Source of the DNA: an uncultured Prevotellaceae bacterium | Lineage (GTDB): Bacteria > Bacteroidota > Bacteroidia > Bacteroidales > Bacteroidaceae | Direction of reading: 5' to 3' | Assembly (NCBI GenBank): GCA_902778535.1 | Contig: CACYYG010000003.1 | Coordinates: forward strand, 13,345-77,344 | DNA length: 64,000 nucleotides | Shown here: piece by piece, positions 37,401 to 48,277 of the stretch | How positions within the stretch are numbered: position 1 is the stretch's first letter | Layout of the letters: the number at the start of each line of letters is the position of its first letter | The notes under the pieces: model-generated | The model's database searches: none | The model's input: the letters and a program-made list of their open reading frames with translations, nothing else | What the model was told of the DNA's origin: nothing | Translations under genes and position numbers: made by a program

Positions 37401-40400
37401 AGCTCCCGTCGGAGTCCAGTGGCTTCGATGTGACGCTGCACACCCGTGGCATGGCCACCGTTGACCTCTTCGTCACCCGTGATGGCATCATACAGAGCGG
37501 CTATTATGGCGACAAGGAAGACTATTTCGCCGGCCAGCCGCTCGCCAAGGTCGTCGGCAAGAGCCTCACGGAAAAGATTCTTGCCGTTCAGGACTGGCAG
37601 CGTTTTGACAGTGAAGACCTTCATATCGGGGCAGAGGGCATGAACACGTTCTATGACACGATGCTTGTGAACTTCGTGGACAAGTATGGTCGGCAATGGG
37701 ACGTGAAGACCGAGGATGTGGAGATGCGCCACCTTGACATCACGGGCAGGATGCACTCCGTCGCTGTCACGCCGCAGATGCGTGACGATGTGAGGAAGGG
37801 CCAGCCGATGTTCTTCCTGGACGGCAGCCGTCAGGCTTATGGCTTCACCTATGACGGGGAGGTCTATGTCGACAGGCGTGTCGCCACTGCTGAGACTCCC
37901 ATCCATGAGTACACCCACCTGTGGGCTGAGGTACTGCGCCAGCGCAACCCGAAGGAATGGGAGAACATCGTCTCGCTGATGAAGGGGTGCCCGGAGCTGT
38001 GGAAAGAAGTCACTGGGCGTTACGCCCATCTGCATGATGAGAGTGACATCGCCGAGGAAGTTCTTGCCCACTATAGCGGGCAGCGGGGCTACCAGCGGCT
38101 GATGGCTGACTATGGTCGCCGTCAGGACGTGACGGGCCATGCCATCCTCGACATTCTCTCGGAAGCCCTTGCAAGGCTCTGGAAGACTGTTGCCGATTTC
38201 CTGCATATCCACTATACCACCAAGGAACAAGTCGCCGACCAGGTGCTGAGTGACCTGCTGAACCGTGTCAATCCCTTGGACTACAAGACAGAGGTCATTT
38301 CTGCCGGAGCGGTCCTCTCAGGCCGTATAACGGAAGATGTCGTGCGTGCCATGTCTGAGCAAGGCACACGGTTCGAGACCCTTCATTCCCTCCATGACCG
38401 TGCGGACTATCTCACCTTTGGCGAAGTCAAGGACTATGGTGGAAAGCCTTTTGTTGATGTCATCAGCCATTACCCCAATGGCAGGGCGGCCCGTCTTAGT
38501 TCACCTCTGGACAGCGAGATGCGCTACCTGAACGATGAAGTCATCAAGATGACCGTGAAGGACGACCTCATCCTGCGGCTGCCGCCCTCGGGTGCATACC
38601 GCGAGAGCCAGGAAGAACAGGTCGAAAGCGCGTATTTCAAGGAGTGGTTCGGTGACTGGCAGCATGACCCTGAGAAAGCCTCCAAGGTTGTGGATGCTGA
38701 CGGGCGTCCGCTTGTCGTGGAGCATGGCACCCATGCCTCGTTCACAGAGTTTGACATCAGCCGCCTGGGTCAGAACAGCGGTGATGCCGGGCATTACGGT
38801 GCAGGCTTCTACTTCGGCACCAAGGCACCCGGATGGCTGGAAGCTCCTGTCACCATGAAGGCCTATCTTGACATGAAGCATCCATTCGAGATCGATGCTG
38901 GCATTCAGAGGAATATCTATGACTATCTGAAGGAGCATTTTGACCAGCCGGCCCTGCGCAAGCTGGTGCTTACCGAGAATGGCAAGGAGCTGACCCTTGG
39001 CGACTACATTGACCATATCAAGGCTGTTGACAACCTTATCAGTGGCAATATGCCATATGTCGAAGAGCAGATGTCGAAGGATGCCGAGCTTCAGTATTAT
39101 AAGCCCGATGTCCGTCTGGATGTATGGCGTGAGCATGAGCTTTCGCGCCGTACCGGCTTCATCATCCCCGGTTCCCTTCCATACGTCATAGGTGAGATGA
39201 TCGGCTCCGAGAACTTCACTATAGGCTTGAAGGAAGATGGCTATGACGGTGTCATTGCCACTCACCACTATGATGATGGTCACGAATACAAGGATTACGT
39301 CGTATTCGAGCCAGGCCAGATTAAGTCCGCCACGGACAATGTGGGGCTGTTCAGCAAGAAGTCCAATGACATCCGCTATCATCTTTCAGGTGAAGAGGTA
39401 TACACCACAGTAATGAAGGAAGGAACGCAGCCCAGTGTCTCTTCCCGCCATCTGACACCCCAGGACCGTGAGGCCGGAGGTGCCCTTGTGGACCATCTGG
39501 CCAGGATGGGCATCACTGTCCATACCGACAATAATGAGAACCGCCGCATCCTGAAGGCTGCCCGACTAGACAACAGCGAGGCTGGCAAGGTACGCCATTT
39601 CAAGACCCAGGACGGCAATACCTATGGCTTCGCCTATAAGGGACAGCTGCACCTCGACCTGCGGAAGATTGATGCGGAGCTGCCTCTCCATGAATATGCC
39701 CACCTCTGGTGTGAGGCCCTGCGCCGCATCAATCCTGAGAACTGGAACCGTGTCGTGTCCATGCTCAGGGACGATGCCGCTTCCTGGCAGTTCGTCCGTG
39801 CCGCCTATCCCGAGCTCCAAGACGCCGATGATGTCGCCGAGGAGGTCATCGCCCATTACAGTGGCCGGCATGGCGCTGAGAAGCTGCGTGACGAGCTGGC
39901 ACGGATGACCCCTCGTGATGCCAACTATGGCAGCCGTTGGGGCAATATCTTCCAGAATGTCAGCAAGGCCATCCAGGACTTCTGGAAGCATGTCGGCGAC
40001 TCCCTGAACATCCAGTACGTCAGTGCCGAGGATGTCTACGACCAGATCCTTAATGACTTTGCCAAGAAGGTCAATCCCGTGGCAAAAGTTGAGAAATACC
40101 TCAAGGAGCGTGACAGAATTTATGAGCAGTGCGTCGAGGGCGGTGACCTCGACACGGCAGCGGCCATGTTCGAGGAAGCCCTTCAGGAGCACGTCGGGGG
40201 TGGTGTGACGCCATTCATGGCCGTTGACGGCTATCGTGGCAAGCTCGACCGTCTAGCGCGTGATGTCAAGGGCGGCTCTGACGATGCCATCCGTCGTGCC
40301 GCCGCCCTCATGGCACCTCTCGTCCCCGTCTATTCCGTGCTGGTGCCTGCTCCCGGCCATGAGGGCTATGCCACTGACATGCTGGCTCTTGCCAATGCCA

Positions 40401-43400
40401 TCTCCCAAGAGACGGGTGCCCCTGTCGCCGATGTCCTGAAAGGGGATCCCAGGGAACGCCAGTATGACGTGAAGAAGGCCACCGGCAAGCCGATGACCGC
40501 CGATGCCATGGGCATCCGCATGGAAGGCGTGTTGCCTCAGGGCTATATGCCTGTTGTCATCGACAATGTGGTGCACAGCGGTAATACCGCCGAAGCCTGT
40601 GTCAGGGCCTTGGGAAAGGGTGTCGTGCTCTCACTGGCCAGTGCCGTCAGCCAGGAGCGCCATGTATCTTCGCTGATGAGCCTGGAGCCTGTCGTCTATG
40701 ACAAGGAAGGTGTGCTCATACCCCTCAGCGAGCGTTTCAACCTGAAAAGCAGATACCTCGGCAGGGCGATGGAGTACCGTCCTCTGGATGAGGGATTGCA
40801 TGTGGCCGAGCCGTTGACCATAGACATCCGCACGGGAAACAGTCATAGCCCGCTTGACAGCTATCTCGGTTCCAAAGCCGTCTATGACGCCGTTCTCTCC
40901 TTGTCAGGAAGCCGAGACAAGCTGGTGGCAGGCTATGAAGATCCTGACAGCGGCGACTATGTGTTTGTCGGCACCCATGCCCATGTCATGCGGTCGTATG
41001 ACAAGGAGCATCTTGGCAGCTTCTCGCAACATGACGGCCATGATGCCGTGTATCGTATCCACCTGTCAGATGGCAGCTTGTATTCTGTCTCTATCCTCTC
41101 TGCAAGCCTGGTCCATGACGGGTATAACCTTGCTGTCATAGGCAAGGAAAAGGTTCGGGAGCTGATGGACTCGAAAGGTCATGCGACGCTTCAGAGCCTA
41201 TCGCGCCCTGTCGTCCGCAGTGCCGTGCAGCTCGACCTATTCAGGGATGCACCTGCCATGGAAGAATCTACGGAAGCTGCCGCTGTCCATGCCAGTCAGG
41301 GAAGTACTGAAGACACCTCCCTCGACCTCACCGCCCTCCACCTGCGCGACCTTGCAGATGGTGAGCAGTGCTTCGTGGAACGCCGCTACCGTGAGAACGG
41401 CTTCTTCAGTTTTGTCGGTGGCGAGTCAATAGATTCCGCCGAGGATGTGGCTTTCATCTTCAGAAGTCTTGAAGACCAGAGCGTGGAGAACAGCTTCCTT
41501 GCCATGGTGAAGGACGGCAAGCCGTTGGTCATCCATCTGGGCATAGGTACCTATAATGAGGTGCCTGCTCCCATCGAGAAGGCTCTTGTCGCCTTCAATG
41601 AGCTGAAACCGGATAAGGTATGGTTCGTCCATAACCATCCCAGCGGGTCGCTGAAGGCCAGCTTCCTTGACATGAAGATGCATCAGCGCATGCAGGAGGT
41701 CTTCGGTGCTGCCGTGCAGCCGAGTATCATCATTGACACCACGTCAGGAAAATACGGGGAATACACTGATGTGTACAGTGTTGACCTTCCGCTCTCGGGT
41801 AATGACGAAAGCCACATGGTATCTGTGCCTACCTTCCAGTTCGACCGCCAGGTCTTTTCCAAGGGATGGAACCCAGAGCATTCCATGATGGCATCATCGG
41901 CAGCCTCCATCGCCGGTTTTGTCAGCAGCCAACGCCTTGGTGAGCGTGACAAGCTCAGCCTTATCGTGCTTGACCAGGCACAGCATATCACGGGGAATGT
42001 CTTCATTCCCTGGAACACTACCAAGGCTATTGTCAAGGGTGGCCATGCCGGTGAGCTTGCCGGCTATGTCCACCAGATGGGCGGCAACCGCTGCATCATC
42101 TATGGCAGTGAGGACGGTGTGCGCATGACAGATACGGAAACGATGACCATGCTCTCCAAGCAGCTGAAGTCCTTTGGAGTGCGCCTTGAAGACATCATGT
42201 CCGTCAGCAGGAGTGCTTTCCAGGAAGGCATCTTCTATGCCAAGGAGGAAGACAGGGGTTATAGTATGGCCGGTGAAGCCGTCATCGACGAGACGGTAAG
42301 GCCCATCCAGGGGCTGGAGAACTATTCAGAGGCTGAGATACAGGACTCTGTCAGGGAATATTTCGGTTCCATGCTGGAAGGAACGGATGTTGATGTTGAG
42401 ATTGTCGGAATGAAAGTCATCGGCAGCCGTATGGAAGGTACAGGCACGGCAGACAGCGACCTTGACGTTCTCTTGGAGTACAAGGGCGATTTCAGCGAGG
42501 ACAGTCTCTTCAACATCCTCAATGATGCCGATGACCGCCTGTATATTGAGGGCATCCCTGTTGACATCAATCCCATCACGGAAGGCAAGAGCGGTACCAT
42601 CCGCGAGTTTCTGGAGCGTAATGCGGGCTACAGGAAGGCGGAACCTGTTGATAACGATACAGCGAAGAAGTCTATGAACCATGATGAGAACGACATGTAT
42701 GTGGAGCCAAAAAAGTCTTCACATCGAGATTTAGACGCTACTGTCAGGCAGTTGTTGTCCCGTGATGACTCTTTCCGCTATCAGATGCTTGATCGTCTGC
42801 GTGTTGACTGTAACTATTTCCTTGGTCATGGCGGAAGGTATGAGGGCAGCCTCTGGGCCGGAAATGTCAATGACCATATAGCTGTCATGAAGGAGCTGTG
42901 GAAGTCCCTTCCCGAGAAGCCGGAATGGCTGACGATGGAGCAGATTGACGCATATGCCAGGGACATGGGGGCAGGGCTGGACTCTGCCGTCGAGCATTAC
43001 TCGGATGAGCAGTCTGCCATTGTCAAGGATGCCGTCTGTGATTACCTTCAGGGTGTTCGTGATGACTATTACCCCCATGCGATGATGGAAAGGGCTGAAA
43101 TCGACATGGCCGTCCATCATGAAGATGTGCGTTCCACCGAGGATGCGGCCCGTGTCGCCCATGAGGTCAGCGTGGAGATGCTCCTTCGTGCGGAGTCCGT
43201 GGAGCCGGGTATCGTGGAGCGATATACAGGAGAGTCCTTGGGCATGGAGGCAAGACGTATGGCTTCTGATGCCACTGCATACGCCAGTACTGTGCTGTAT
43301 AACAGGGAGAATGACATGGAGCGTAAGCTGGAAGAAAAAGTGTCTGTCCTTAATATAGCCCTGAAGACGGCACGGCCATCTGACTTACGTGCCATGGGCA

Positions 43401-46400
43401 TGAATGCTACATTGTATTCGATAGAGAAAAAGGATGATGCCCATTTCGCCCTGATAGAGCATGACGGTGATGATACCCGTTTCGCCACCAGCTGGATTTC
43501 AGCCGTGGCCGTCGAGGGACATATGGATGTCATCCTAGGTGCAGTCACCGAAAACCAGCAGAAAGAAATAGCCGCTGACGAGTATATCCGTCAGGAGTTT
43601 CAGGAACATCTTGACAGCCTTCGTGACATCCTTGGCGAGGCAAGGGACATGATTGCGGACAAGATTGTCATCCGTCCCGTGACGATTGAGTTGGGAGGAG
43701 AGTCCGCGACTGTTGAACAGATAGAAGAGATTAACGGCAAGTACCTTGCGGGCAACAGCCAGGACTTGTTGTCAGACCTTTGCAGCTACCGTGACGTAAC
43801 GGAACTGGCCACTGCCGTCCGTGAGGCCCAGATGGCACATCTGTTAGGCAACGGACAGATAGACTTCGTGAAGCGTACTGGCTCACCCCAGAAGTTCGTC
43901 AATGACACCCTCACGAATGAGATGGCATATATCAGGGACATCAGCTGCCATGAAGGGCGTGTCAGCATCAACGGAGCCATAGACATGGACGGAACACCCG
44001 GCTATGTTGTCGGGCTGAAGGACTTGCAGCCTGACGGCATCCGTCATCTGTTGGAGGAGGTCAGGAAGGTAGTGGAGTGGAAGCCGGAGCTGAACCTCAC
44101 CGCAGACCAGGCCCTGATGGTGGCCGAAGCTCATCACCTCTATGATGAGGTGGAACAGGACATCAAGGGCGGCCTGGAGCCGGAGCTGGCATTGCAGAAA
44201 TACCATATCATGCCGGATGAGGAACGTCTGGCCGAGATCATTCAGATGAACGACCCTACGCAGCTGCCGCCTGTCGATGCCGTCAGGCTTCTGCTTGACA
44301 AGGCTATCCCCAATGACGGCGATGTGCTGCACCTCGACGGGAGCGGTGCCCCCATTGACCTGCAGTACCAGTCCTTCGGATGGCAGCAGCTGGACGACGT
44401 AAAGTATATCAGGCATATCGGTGACGGCTATGTCGCTGGTAACGGCGAGATGTCTATTGATGTCAGCCGTCTTGCCTCCGGTCCCGATGGTGACTATTTG
44501 GTGAAAATCATTAACGACAATATTAAACTCATGGAGGACAAAACTATGGAAGAAAAGAAACAAGAAGTGGCACAGGTGCAGCAGGAGCAGCAGCCTGAGC
44601 AGAAGAAGAAAGGCTGGAATATCGACTACACGAAGTATTCCATGCCGGAGGGAGTCAGCGTCGAGAAAGCCCAGGTGTTCAAGCTGACTCGCGGTGAGAA
44701 CGAAGGACGATGGGCCGTCACTGCCGTCGTTGACGGGCAGCGCAAGACCCAGGTCATGTTCAAGAACGATGTAGACGCTTTCTTCGAGAAGGATGAGCAG
44801 GGACAGCTTAAGCCAACCAACCCTACTGCCGAGCAGCTGGTGGCCAAGTATTTCGCGCCGAAGGCTCAGGAGCAGGCTGCCGCTGTCCAGGAAGAACAGG
44901 GACAGCAGGCTCAGCAACAGGAGCCTGAGCAGCAGGAGGTCCAGGCCACGCAGGATGCCGGAAAGCGCAAAGGCTGGAATATTGACTATACGAAGTATTC
45001 CATGCCGGAGGGCGTGAATGTCGAGAAAGCCCAGGTGTTCAAGATGGATCAGGGTGACAATGCCGGCAAGTATGCCATTTCTGCCGTCATCGACGGACAG
45101 CGCAAGACCCAGGTCATGTTCAAGAATGACGTCGATGCCTATTTCAGTAAAGATGAACAAGGCAACCGCAAGGCTACTGCCGAGCAGCTAGTAGCCAAGT
45201 ATTTCTCTCCTAACACGCAGAAGCAGCCCATCCCCGTCAAGGAGGAACAGCAAGAGCAGCGGGCTGGGGAAAAGCAGGAGGCCCAGGCCAAGCAGGATGA
45301 TGGCAAGCGGAAAGGCTGGAATATCGACTATTCCAAGTATTCCATGCCCGAGGGTGCGGTCGTTTCCAACTCCTTTGTCAAGAAGGATGACAAAAGCGGC
45401 AAGTACCGTCTCTTTGCCACCATCAACGGTGAGTTCCGCTCTGCCGACCTGTACCCCAACGACCGTCAGGCTTTCTTCGAGAAGAACGAGGCCGGTGAGC
45501 GTAAGGCCACCACGGAGCAGCTTGTGGCTAAGTATTTCTCCAAGTCCACGGCTGAGAAGATGGGGCTTGCTTCCGTGGCAGAACAGCCACGGCAAGAGAC
45601 AAAGCATCTCGGTACCTATGATGTGCCCGTCTGGGCGGTGGCCGCCTTGCAGAACGGCACCGATGCCTATGATGGTCTGCAGGAGGATGAGATTTCGGAG
45701 ATAGAGCATTTCCAGGAGCAGTTCGACGGCCCGCTCTCCTTCGATGTCCATATGGAAGACCGTAACGAGTTCAATCCCTCGCCCGCCTTCGGTGCTGCCT
45801 GTGAGACTGTCAAGGTCGATGTGTACACCTTCGTGGAGAAGGTGAGCCGTGCACAGGCCGAGGTGCGTGAGAACCTCGAAGAAGATAAGGTCGCCGAGGA
45901 CATCAATAAGGAGCATGAGGAGAAGAAGCAAGAGGAGCAGAAGAAGGAGGGCAAGCAAGATGTGTCCGCCGGTCTGGCTCTCCAGACCGCCCTCTTGGTC
46001 GGTGCCCTCCATGCAGCTGCAGAGAAGGATGGCATCTGGATGAACAGGCTGTGCAAGCAGGCTCCCGCTTTCATGGGCAAGGACACGAAAATCACTCCGT
46101 TTAACAGCATGGTGATGGCTTTGCACTCCGATGCCAATGGCTACAAGAGCAATCTCTATACCACCTTCGCCGCTGCCAAGAATGACGGTGTCAGCGTCCG
46201 TGGCAAGGAAAAGGGACTGCCTTATAACTGGTATGATTGGGACAAGTACGTCAACAAGTACGTCAATAATGATGTCATCGACCGTGCCGCCTACCAGGCT
46301 CTGCCGCAGGAAGAGCGTGAGCTGTACCGTGTCCAGGGCAAGAAGGAGATGAAGCCCATCTTCAATATCGACCAGACGACGCTGCCGATGGAGAAAAAGG

Positions 46401-48220
46401 AGGAGTACAAGACCCTCGTGGGTGCTGTTGACCAAGAGACGCAGGAAGAAATGTCGCCAGCAGAGAAACAGGCTGCCCGTCAGGAGCGTTTTGCGGAGAT
46501 GACCGAGAAATATCCCGACAGCGTCAAGCTCTTCCGCGTCGATGACGGCTATGAGATCTATGGCGAGGATGCTGAGAAGGCTGCGGACATCCTTAGCCTT
46601 CCTCTCGTCAAGGAAAAGGATGGCGATGCCAATGTCCTTTCTACCTCCGTCAGTTTCCCGATGGAAGACCTCGATGCCTATATTCCAATTCTTGTCCATG
46701 AAGGCACAAAGATAGCCATCTGTGATGACCTGGAGGATGCTGACCTACGCCGTCACACCCCGGAGGCTGAGCTGTATGCCGCCTCCGACAAGCTGGTGGA
46801 AGCTATCCGCCTGACGGGTGTTGACATCGACAGCAATGGTGTCACCCGTTATGATGCTGGAAAGAACACACTCTATGTCGCTGACCGCACGCAGACGAAG
46901 CCAGGTCAGGAGATGACCCTTGCCATCGACCGTGCCTGTGATGTCTACCGTGCCGCCGTCGCCTACACGGGTACTGAGGACAGGCTGAATCGCGGACAGC
47001 GCGAGCGGATGCTTCCTGAGGACCGTGACAAGTATGACCGTCTCGTCCAGGAGCTGACGGCAGGTGTGATGATGACCCGTCAGGGCCTTCCCGCCACTAT
47101 CAGCGAGAAGAACCGCGAGTTGGTTCCCTATTGGGAGCGTGAGCTGAAGGAAGACCCGAAGCTCCTTGACAGCGTGGAGCGTGACGTGAACAATGCCGTG
47201 CAGGTGCTAGACAAGGTTGCTGCAGGACAGCAGGTGGACTATGCCGCCATGCGTGGTGAGCGTCCTGCGGTCATGACACGCCCTAGGATGTATACCATTG
47301 CCAGCGAGCTGGCCACCATTCCGAGCACTGAGCATAAGCAGGCAGTTATCGTGAAGGATGAGAAAGCAAAGGCTGCTTCCGTTATACTTCCCTCCGGGGC
47401 TTCGTCGGAGATGAACAACGAGATCCCGGGCATGAACAAGAACCGCTATGTCGTTGCGCTGAAGCGTGAGGGCTTTGACGATGTGAAGTTCTACAATGCC
47501 GGTGGTGCTCTCGGCCTTAACCAGCCCAATGAGTTCTTTGCTGACAAGCAGGTGGAGGTGGCTCACCTGAAGCAGTACGAGCTGATTACGGACGAGCGCA
47601 TCGACTTGTCGGCAGAGCTGGCAAGAACCAGCCAGGTGGAGATAGAGAAGGTCACTGCCATCAGGAATGACAAGGAGGATTGGGTGTTCTATGTGAAGCC
47701 TACCGAGGGTGAGGCTGTCACCATTATGCCGGATGCTGCCGACCTCCATCGCTTCTTCAATGCCGTCAAGGATGAGAATTTCGATGACGTGCGTCAGGAA
47801 ATGGGTAGGAAATACTATGCCCTTGCCCAGCAATTCCCTCATCTGAAACAGGACTTCATCATGCCCAAGGTGGAGAATGTGGACCTGTCACGAATCAGCT
47901 ACGCCACAATGTTCAAGTCCAAGTTCCATGAGGGCAAGGCTTGTGTCACGTGTGTCTATGATGACGGCAAGAAGCTGGCTACGGAGATTGACCGTGGCAG
48001 CAAGGAGTGGCAGCGTCTCTGGCTCGTCGATGACCAGAAGGGCTATAAGATTGCCGTGGCTGCGAAGCTCTTTGAGAATGAGCTGAACAAGGGCCAGGAG
48101 AAGAATGTCGTTCAGGCCCAGGACGAGCCGGTCAAGGAAACAGAGATGGTCACCGTCGATGACGACCAGGAAGAGGTTGAGGAAGAGCAGCAGGTAACAC
48201 GTCCTTCTTTCCACAGATAA
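28436..48220 (+). CDS. Giant (6594 aa) polyvalent protein: N6-adenine MTase + SNF2 helicase (DarB-like) followed by PRTase, MutS-I, zincin, ART-like, RadC/JAB, nucleotidyltransferase, LPD11-like, repeat and ArdC-like domains
   Basis: LDPSAGKG (~28820), NIPF (~29021), DHEVGTGKT (~31097), IDESQAFKN (~31595), MEQRNGR (~32600); downstream motifs are itemised in the findings. Confidence 0.92.
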   Translation: MAYNKSEKLRDNIAAIRTAFDIERSGREATEQEKAVLRKYSGFGGLKFILNPCADDGDIEKWSRSDRPFFTATRELYGVLSDYARDGYEYRDFVRSIRNSILSAFYTPVPVVQAIAGVLKDKGLEVKRYLDPSAGKGTFVEAFKQAYPDVSATAFEKDLITGKVLKALYPHDQVHVDGFETIDASRRGTYDVVSSNIPFGDISVFDDGFARSGNAVRAAATKTIHNYFFLKALDQLREGGFVVFITSRGFMDSPSNNAIREEIIRNARLVGAFRLPDGLFADEAGTEVGSDLVILQKYTGYDSSLDPDSLAFCKVEKGFKAMSGEDYTGISLNSHWWQSMMAPDSEAFISTRMERGTDPYGKPTLVFTHDGDMQAIASLLTQYMSRDLYREYVDYYKLHAPKPRQEEQVTVLSQPKPQQSRPVQQEQPVQLSLFDLWAEEVTSQEKQPSMEPRPFAGDILPHYRNGILVEDGGQMGYLTGVGYENTFTPTELSDDQSGRLRLYVKVRDAYEQLYKKESEQKVEQPLLREELNRHYDNFLIRYGFLNDRRNARLLLMDVQGRDVLSLENSEDGRFVKSDIFLRPVSFNIHLDGHVETAVDALSASLNRGGGVDLEYMASISDYTEEELRDQLKERIYFNPLAGGYEIGDKFLAGNVVEKLDALRSWPLNDDLKPEFKEELERSITALEGVVPTPITYSELDFNFGERWMPKAYFSAFATEFFETDIKIDYAPQLDEFVVDVSGYSAKLSQEFAVTGETKTYDGEDMLRHALYNTVPVIQKCVGYKPNGDPIMGPDHEKIQLAASKVDQIRDGFTEWIDRHPDEWKKALADLYNRKYNCFVKASYDGSHQTFPGLDLKGLGVSKYQIKDIYKSQKDCVWMLLQNGGGVCDHEVGTGKTLTMCIAAHEMKRLGLAHKPIIIGMKANVAEIAATYQAAYPGDRLLYATQKDFSDRQNFFNRMKNNDYDCIIMSHDQFTMIPQSADIQQKVIQEEIDAIDEALEVYARQGHSVSGRMRSGLEKRKQNLETQLLTLNAALASRADDVVDFKTMGIDHIFIDESQAFKNLAFSTRDSRVAGLGDPKGSQRARNLQYAIRTIQERTGRDLGATFLSGTTISNSLTELYLLFKYLRPKAMSMQDINSFDAWAAVFARKSRDYEINVAGSIVMKERFRQFIKVPELGAFYNEITDYKTAADVGLQRPDMDVQLVNIQPTEDQQDFQRRLLQFAESGDGDLVFRPQLSDSEQKAKMLLVTNMGKKCSLSPRLVNPGYHEGDGTKIGVAARNISEIYYQYNKQRGTQFVFCDLSTPKKGEWSVYQELKDRLVNEHHIPADQIQFIQDAGTEKKKKEFIDRMNRGDIRVMIGSTTMLGTGVNAQQRAVAVHHLDLPWRPSDMEQRNGRARRKGNEVARDYAGNTVKCFVYAVERSLDSYNFYLLQAKSEFIRQMKTGALAKRSFDQGGEDEDNGMPFAEYVAITSGNNDLLERAKLEKRILGLEAERKAFYKQQQVTQQRLNFSREQVAHFDAVIGKLNADKNALEQALRGAYPDSSDVFEELRTPPSVFAFRPVEDPQLHRVRLDMALPNPYGDYLQQAARQEVNGEVVVARLTVDGLDWPIAMSSKTEYNPNTGVSRWVGNKVSVVGGSGLHYTYNNGKVPLSDKALASRYPLEALSRIPEIIRDQQRQQESYAKQIPELERIAGKVWEKTGQLKELKEQLQALDRKIQQDMDGRVAQAAQAAKPEELPFTITHKQWGRDPWELQFKVADYPFLNHADRDGMAEKYHGYFRIYDGIVTGNFRHQFGAEEAMKELSKLNLEHKDDVEWLKTAVKDVRDASCIPSVHRLRELGYDRFGRSLTGGNARSLRAVSLGPYQDERVRALAHGVKDGHGVALDVAAAAMAKALEGTPVSKNAVLVGMPGHKGYGGSAQRLAKRLSELSGIPYADVLASGEHESLYEWKKEHPGEELPELFFTEDERTPVPKGRTPIIIDNVIDTGHTAWAAVEALEAEPLLFTVGSTGHEDSEGHDIRLSVLPKGVDLIVGAMPDGVGLTGLSKEEFEALLKKAQADADPEARRDLRRRGVDWYTGQPAYLVAHIVDKYEKVFSNEIEGPVRELTDKGASAQIFQREELRHLTDSEKTSFDELIEKVKDNPKSGYSYQQLYDKRRLLVVHDYLKEKAARAIEQEAQRKEQGTLRYDVANNQWSGIPSDVTVYCNGEPDRIHEVYGYTPNNDIDLVYFKAETEEASFAFVRVWVDDHQAETPAQLVIRLEKEGYDVGLHGERGRYVDFDTWDEAVQFEQHVRDIEREVHAPKAASERVQSDARINSAERGQARPKVKAEVKELESPIMRQFHDLKAKHPDALLLFRVGDFYETYENDAVEASRILGITLTHRHPTASFRSPKEAMAGFPFHALDTFLPKLIRGGKRVAICDQLEAPKATAKRSVTEMVQPGFRPRLQMVESVEDMKNVLPRDALLRDALIERMREAGIRVTTDVAAAERVLAQETVRQHAGSAAPVFVSNARRAVERILQDRATPDQWLRMIERAGGIKAGEDRWMGLSLWLMDSKERTLTKRQVLEFIDDHQIRVEEVRYREPSPVTDSLRLDMMNEEFWELMADGEEATGSLYVDDHARWAWDRLVERYGDDFRKNTQFENDPVKGWHLKPFEWYEGKGPSAKAADYYGIDRTINDTRLEYTTGGLENKREIALVVPGIESWRDTDDVHFGDAGDGRAVAWVRFGDAVSQQERSEEEIQAIIQSMPSADQWKEVNYFHAVPGYRNFYNLNRNSVSYADCILEKDGQYSILLSQESTKSLMDGERNVAAAKRVGGIFSSLADAVDTYNEFVARRDRFIEEKTLVIDEIQSQRHQEGRERGYNPKVDIRGYAVQTDEDGNYLVTHPDGVSEDGLERIASRTIRFYDAGSPERAILLAARLDQNIYPSSRVPAAPFEKNWHELAMKRMLRYAAENGYDRVAWTTGNQQAERYSLGEHIDFVSAEPYEAQLPSESSGFDVTLHTRGMATVDLFVTRDGIIQSGYYGDKEDYFAGQPLAKVVGKSLTEKILAVQDWQRFDSEDLHIGAEGMNTFYDTMLVNFVDKYGRQWDVKTEDVEMRHLDITGRMHSVAVTPQMRDDVRKGQPMFFLDGSRQAYGFTYDGEVYVDRRVATAETPIHEYTHLWAEVLRQRNPKEWENIVSLMKGCPELWKEVTGRYAHLHDESDIAEEVLAHYSGQRGYQRLMADYGRRQDVTGHAILDILSEALARLWKTVADFLHIHYTTKEQVADQVLSDLLNRVNPLDYKTEVISAGAVLSGRITEDVVRAMSEQGTRFETLHSLHDRADYLTFGEVKDYGGKPFVDVISHYPNGRAARLSSPLDSEMRYLNDEVIKMTVKDDLILRLPPSGAYRESQEEQVESAYFKEWFGDWQHDPEKASKVVDADGRPLVVEHGTHASFTEFDISRLGQNSGDAGHYGAGFYFGTKAPGWLEAPVTMKAYLDMKHPFEIDAGIQRNIYDYLKEHFDQPALRKLVLTENGKELTLGDYIDHIKAVDNLISGNMPYVEEQMSKDAELQYYKPDVRLDVWREHELSRRTGFIIPGSLPYVIGEMIGSENFTIGLKEDGYDGVIATHHYDDGHEYKDYVVFEPGQIKSATDNVGLFSKKSNDIRYHLSGEEVYTTVMKEGTQPSVSSRHLTPQDREAGGALVDHLARMGITVHTDNNENRRILKAARLDNSEAGKVRHFKTQDGNTYGFAYKGQLHLDLRKIDAELPLHEYAHLWCEALRRINPENWNRVVSMLRDDAASWQFVRAAYPELQDADDVAEEVIAHYSGRHGAEKLRDELARMTPRDANYGSRWGNIFQNVSKAIQDFWKHVGDSLNIQYVSAEDVYDQILNDFAKKVNPVAKVEKYLKERDRIYEQCVEGGDLDTAAAMFEEALQEHVGGGVTPFMAVDGYRGKLDRLARDVKGGSDDAIRRAAALMAPLVPVYSVLVPAPGHEGYATDMLALANAISQETGAPVADVLKGDPRERQYDVKKATGKPMTADAMGIRMEGVLPQGYMPVVIDNVVHSGNTAEACVRALGKGVVLSLASAVSQERHVSSLMSLEPVVYDKEGVLIPLSERFNLKSRYLGRAMEYRPLDEGLHVAEPLTIDIRTGNSHSPLDSYLGSKAVYDAVLSLSGSRDKLVAGYEDPDSGDYVFVGTHAHVMRSYDKEHLGSFSQHDGHDAVYRIHLSDGSLYSVSILSASLVHDGYNLAVIGKEKVRELMDSKGHATLQSLSRPVVRSAVQLDLFRDAPAMEESTEAAAVHASQGSTEDTSLDLTALHLRDLADGEQCFVERRYRENGFFSFVGGESIDSAEDVAFIFRSLEDQSVENSFLAMVKDGKPLVIHLGIGTYNEVPAPIEKALVAFNELKPDKVWFVHNHPSGSLKASFLDMKMHQRMQEVFGAAVQPSIIIDTTSGKYGEYTDVYSVDLPLSGNDESHMVSVPTFQFDRQVFSKGWNPEHSMMASSAASIAGFVSSQRLGERDKLSLIVLDQAQHITGNVFIPWNTTKAIVKGGHAGELAGYVHQMGGNRCIIYGSEDGVRMTDTETMTMLSKQLKSFGVRLEDIMSVSRSAFQEGIFYAKEEDRGYSMAGEAVIDETVRPIQGLENYSEAEIQDSVREYFGSMLEGTDVDVEIVGMKVIGSRMEGTGTADSDLDVLLEYKGDFSEDSLFNILNDADDRLYIEGIPVDINPITEGKSGTIREFLERNAGYRKAEPVDNDTAKKSMNHDENDMYVEPKKSSHRDLDATVRQLLSRDDSFRYQMLDRLRVDCNYFLGHGGRYEGSLWAGNVNDHIAVMKELWKSLPEKPEWLTMEQIDAYARDMGAGLDSAVEHYSDEQSAIVKDAVCDYLQGVRDDYYPHAMMERAEIDMAVHHEDVRSTEDAARVAHEVSVEMLLRAESVEPGIVERYTGESLGMEARRMASDATAYASTVLYNRENDMERKLEEKVSVLNIALKTARPSDLRAMGMNATLYSIEKKDDAHFALIEHDGDDTRFATSWISAVAVEGHMDVILGAVTENQQKEIAADEYIRQEFQEHLDSLRDILGEARDMIADKIVIRPVTIELGGESATVEQIEEINGKYLAGNSQDLLSDLCSYRDVTELATAVREAQMAHLLGNGQIDFVKRTGSPQKFVNDTLTNEMAYIRDISCHEGRVSINGAIDMDGTPGYVVGLKDLQPDGIRHLLEEVRKVVEWKPELNLTADQALMVAEAHHLYDEVEQDIKGGLEPELALQKYHIMPDEERLAEIIQMNDPTQLPPVDAVRLLLDKAIPNDGDVLHLDGSGAPIDLQYQSFGWQQLDDVKYIRHIGDGYVAGNGEMSIDVSRLASGPDGDYLVKIINDNIKLMEDKTMEEKKQEVAQVQQEQQPEQKKKGWNIDYTKYSMPEGVSVEKAQVFKLTRGENEGRWAVTAVVDGQRKTQVMFKNDVDAFFEKDEQGQLKPTNPTAEQLVAKYFAPKAQEQAAAVQEEQGQQAQQQEPEQQEVQATQDAGKRKGWNIDYTKYSMPEGVNVEKAQVFKMDQGDNAGKYAISAVIDGQRKTQVMFKNDVDAYFSKDEQGNRKATAEQLVAKYFSPNTQKQPIPVKEEQQEQRAGEKQEAQAKQDDGKRKGWNIDYSKYSMPEGAVVSNSFVKKDDKSGKYRLFATINGEFRSADLYPNDRQAFFEKNEAGERKATTEQLVAKYFSKSTAEKMGLASVAEQPRQETKHLGTYDVPVWAVAALQNGTDAYDGLQEDEISEIEHFQEQFDGPLSFDVHMEDRNEFNPSPAFGAACETVKVDVYTFVEKVSRAQAEVRENLEEDKVAEDINKEHEEKKQEEQKKEGKQDVSAGLALQTALLVGALHAAAEKDGIWMNRLCKQAPAFMGKDTKITPFNSMVMALHSDANGYKSNLYTTFAAAKNDGVSVRGKEKGLPYNWYDWDKYVNKYVNNDVIDRAAYQALPQEERELYRVQGKKEMKPIFNIDQTTLPMEKKEEYKTLVGAVDQETQEEMSPAEKQAARQERFAEMTEKYPDSVKLFRVDDGYEIYGEDAEKAADILSLPLVKEKDGDANVLSTSVSFPMEDLDAYIPILVHEGTKIAICDDLEDADLRRHTPEAELYAASDKLVEAIRLTGVDIDSNGVTRYDAGKNTLYVADRTQTKPGQEMTLAIDRACDVYRAAVAYTGTEDRLNRGQRERMLPEDRDKYDRLVQELTAGVMMTRQGLPATISEKNRELVPYWERELKEDPKLLDSVERDVNNAVQVLDKVAAGQQVDYAAMRGERPAVMTRPRMYTIASELATIPSTEHKQAVIVKDEKAKAASVILPSGASSEMNNEIPGMNKNRYVVALKREGFDDVKFYNAGGALGLNQPNEFFADKQVEVAHLKQYELITDERIDLSAELARTSQVEIEKVTAIRNDKEDWVFYVKPTEGEAVTIMPDAADLHRFFNAVKDENFDDVRQEMGRKYYALAQQFPHLKQDFIMPKVENVDLSRISYATMFKSKFHEGKACVTCVYDDGKKLATEIDRGSKEWQRLWLVDDQKGYKIAVAAKLFENELNKGQEKNVVQAQDEPVKETEMVTVDDDQEEVEEEQQVTRPSFHR
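44600..45545 (+). repeat. Three ~350-nt coding repeats beginning K-G-W-N-I-D-Y-[TS]-K-Y-S-M-P-E-G
   Basis: Copies start at ~44602, ~44965 and ~45305, each ending in EQLVAKYF and separated by Q/E-rich linkers. Confidence 0.9.
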
Positions 48221-48227
48221 TTTTTCC

Positions 48228-48270
48228 GCTCATGGGTATGCCTGGAAGGTGTACCCATGAGCATTTTCCT
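48228..48270 (+). terminator. Intrinsic terminator after the giant gene
   Basis: Perfect 11-bp arms GCTCATGGGTA (48228-48238) / TACCCATGAGC (48252-48262), extendable with G-U pairs, followed by ATTTTCCTT. Confidence 0.65.
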
Positions 48271-48277
48271 TTACGAT

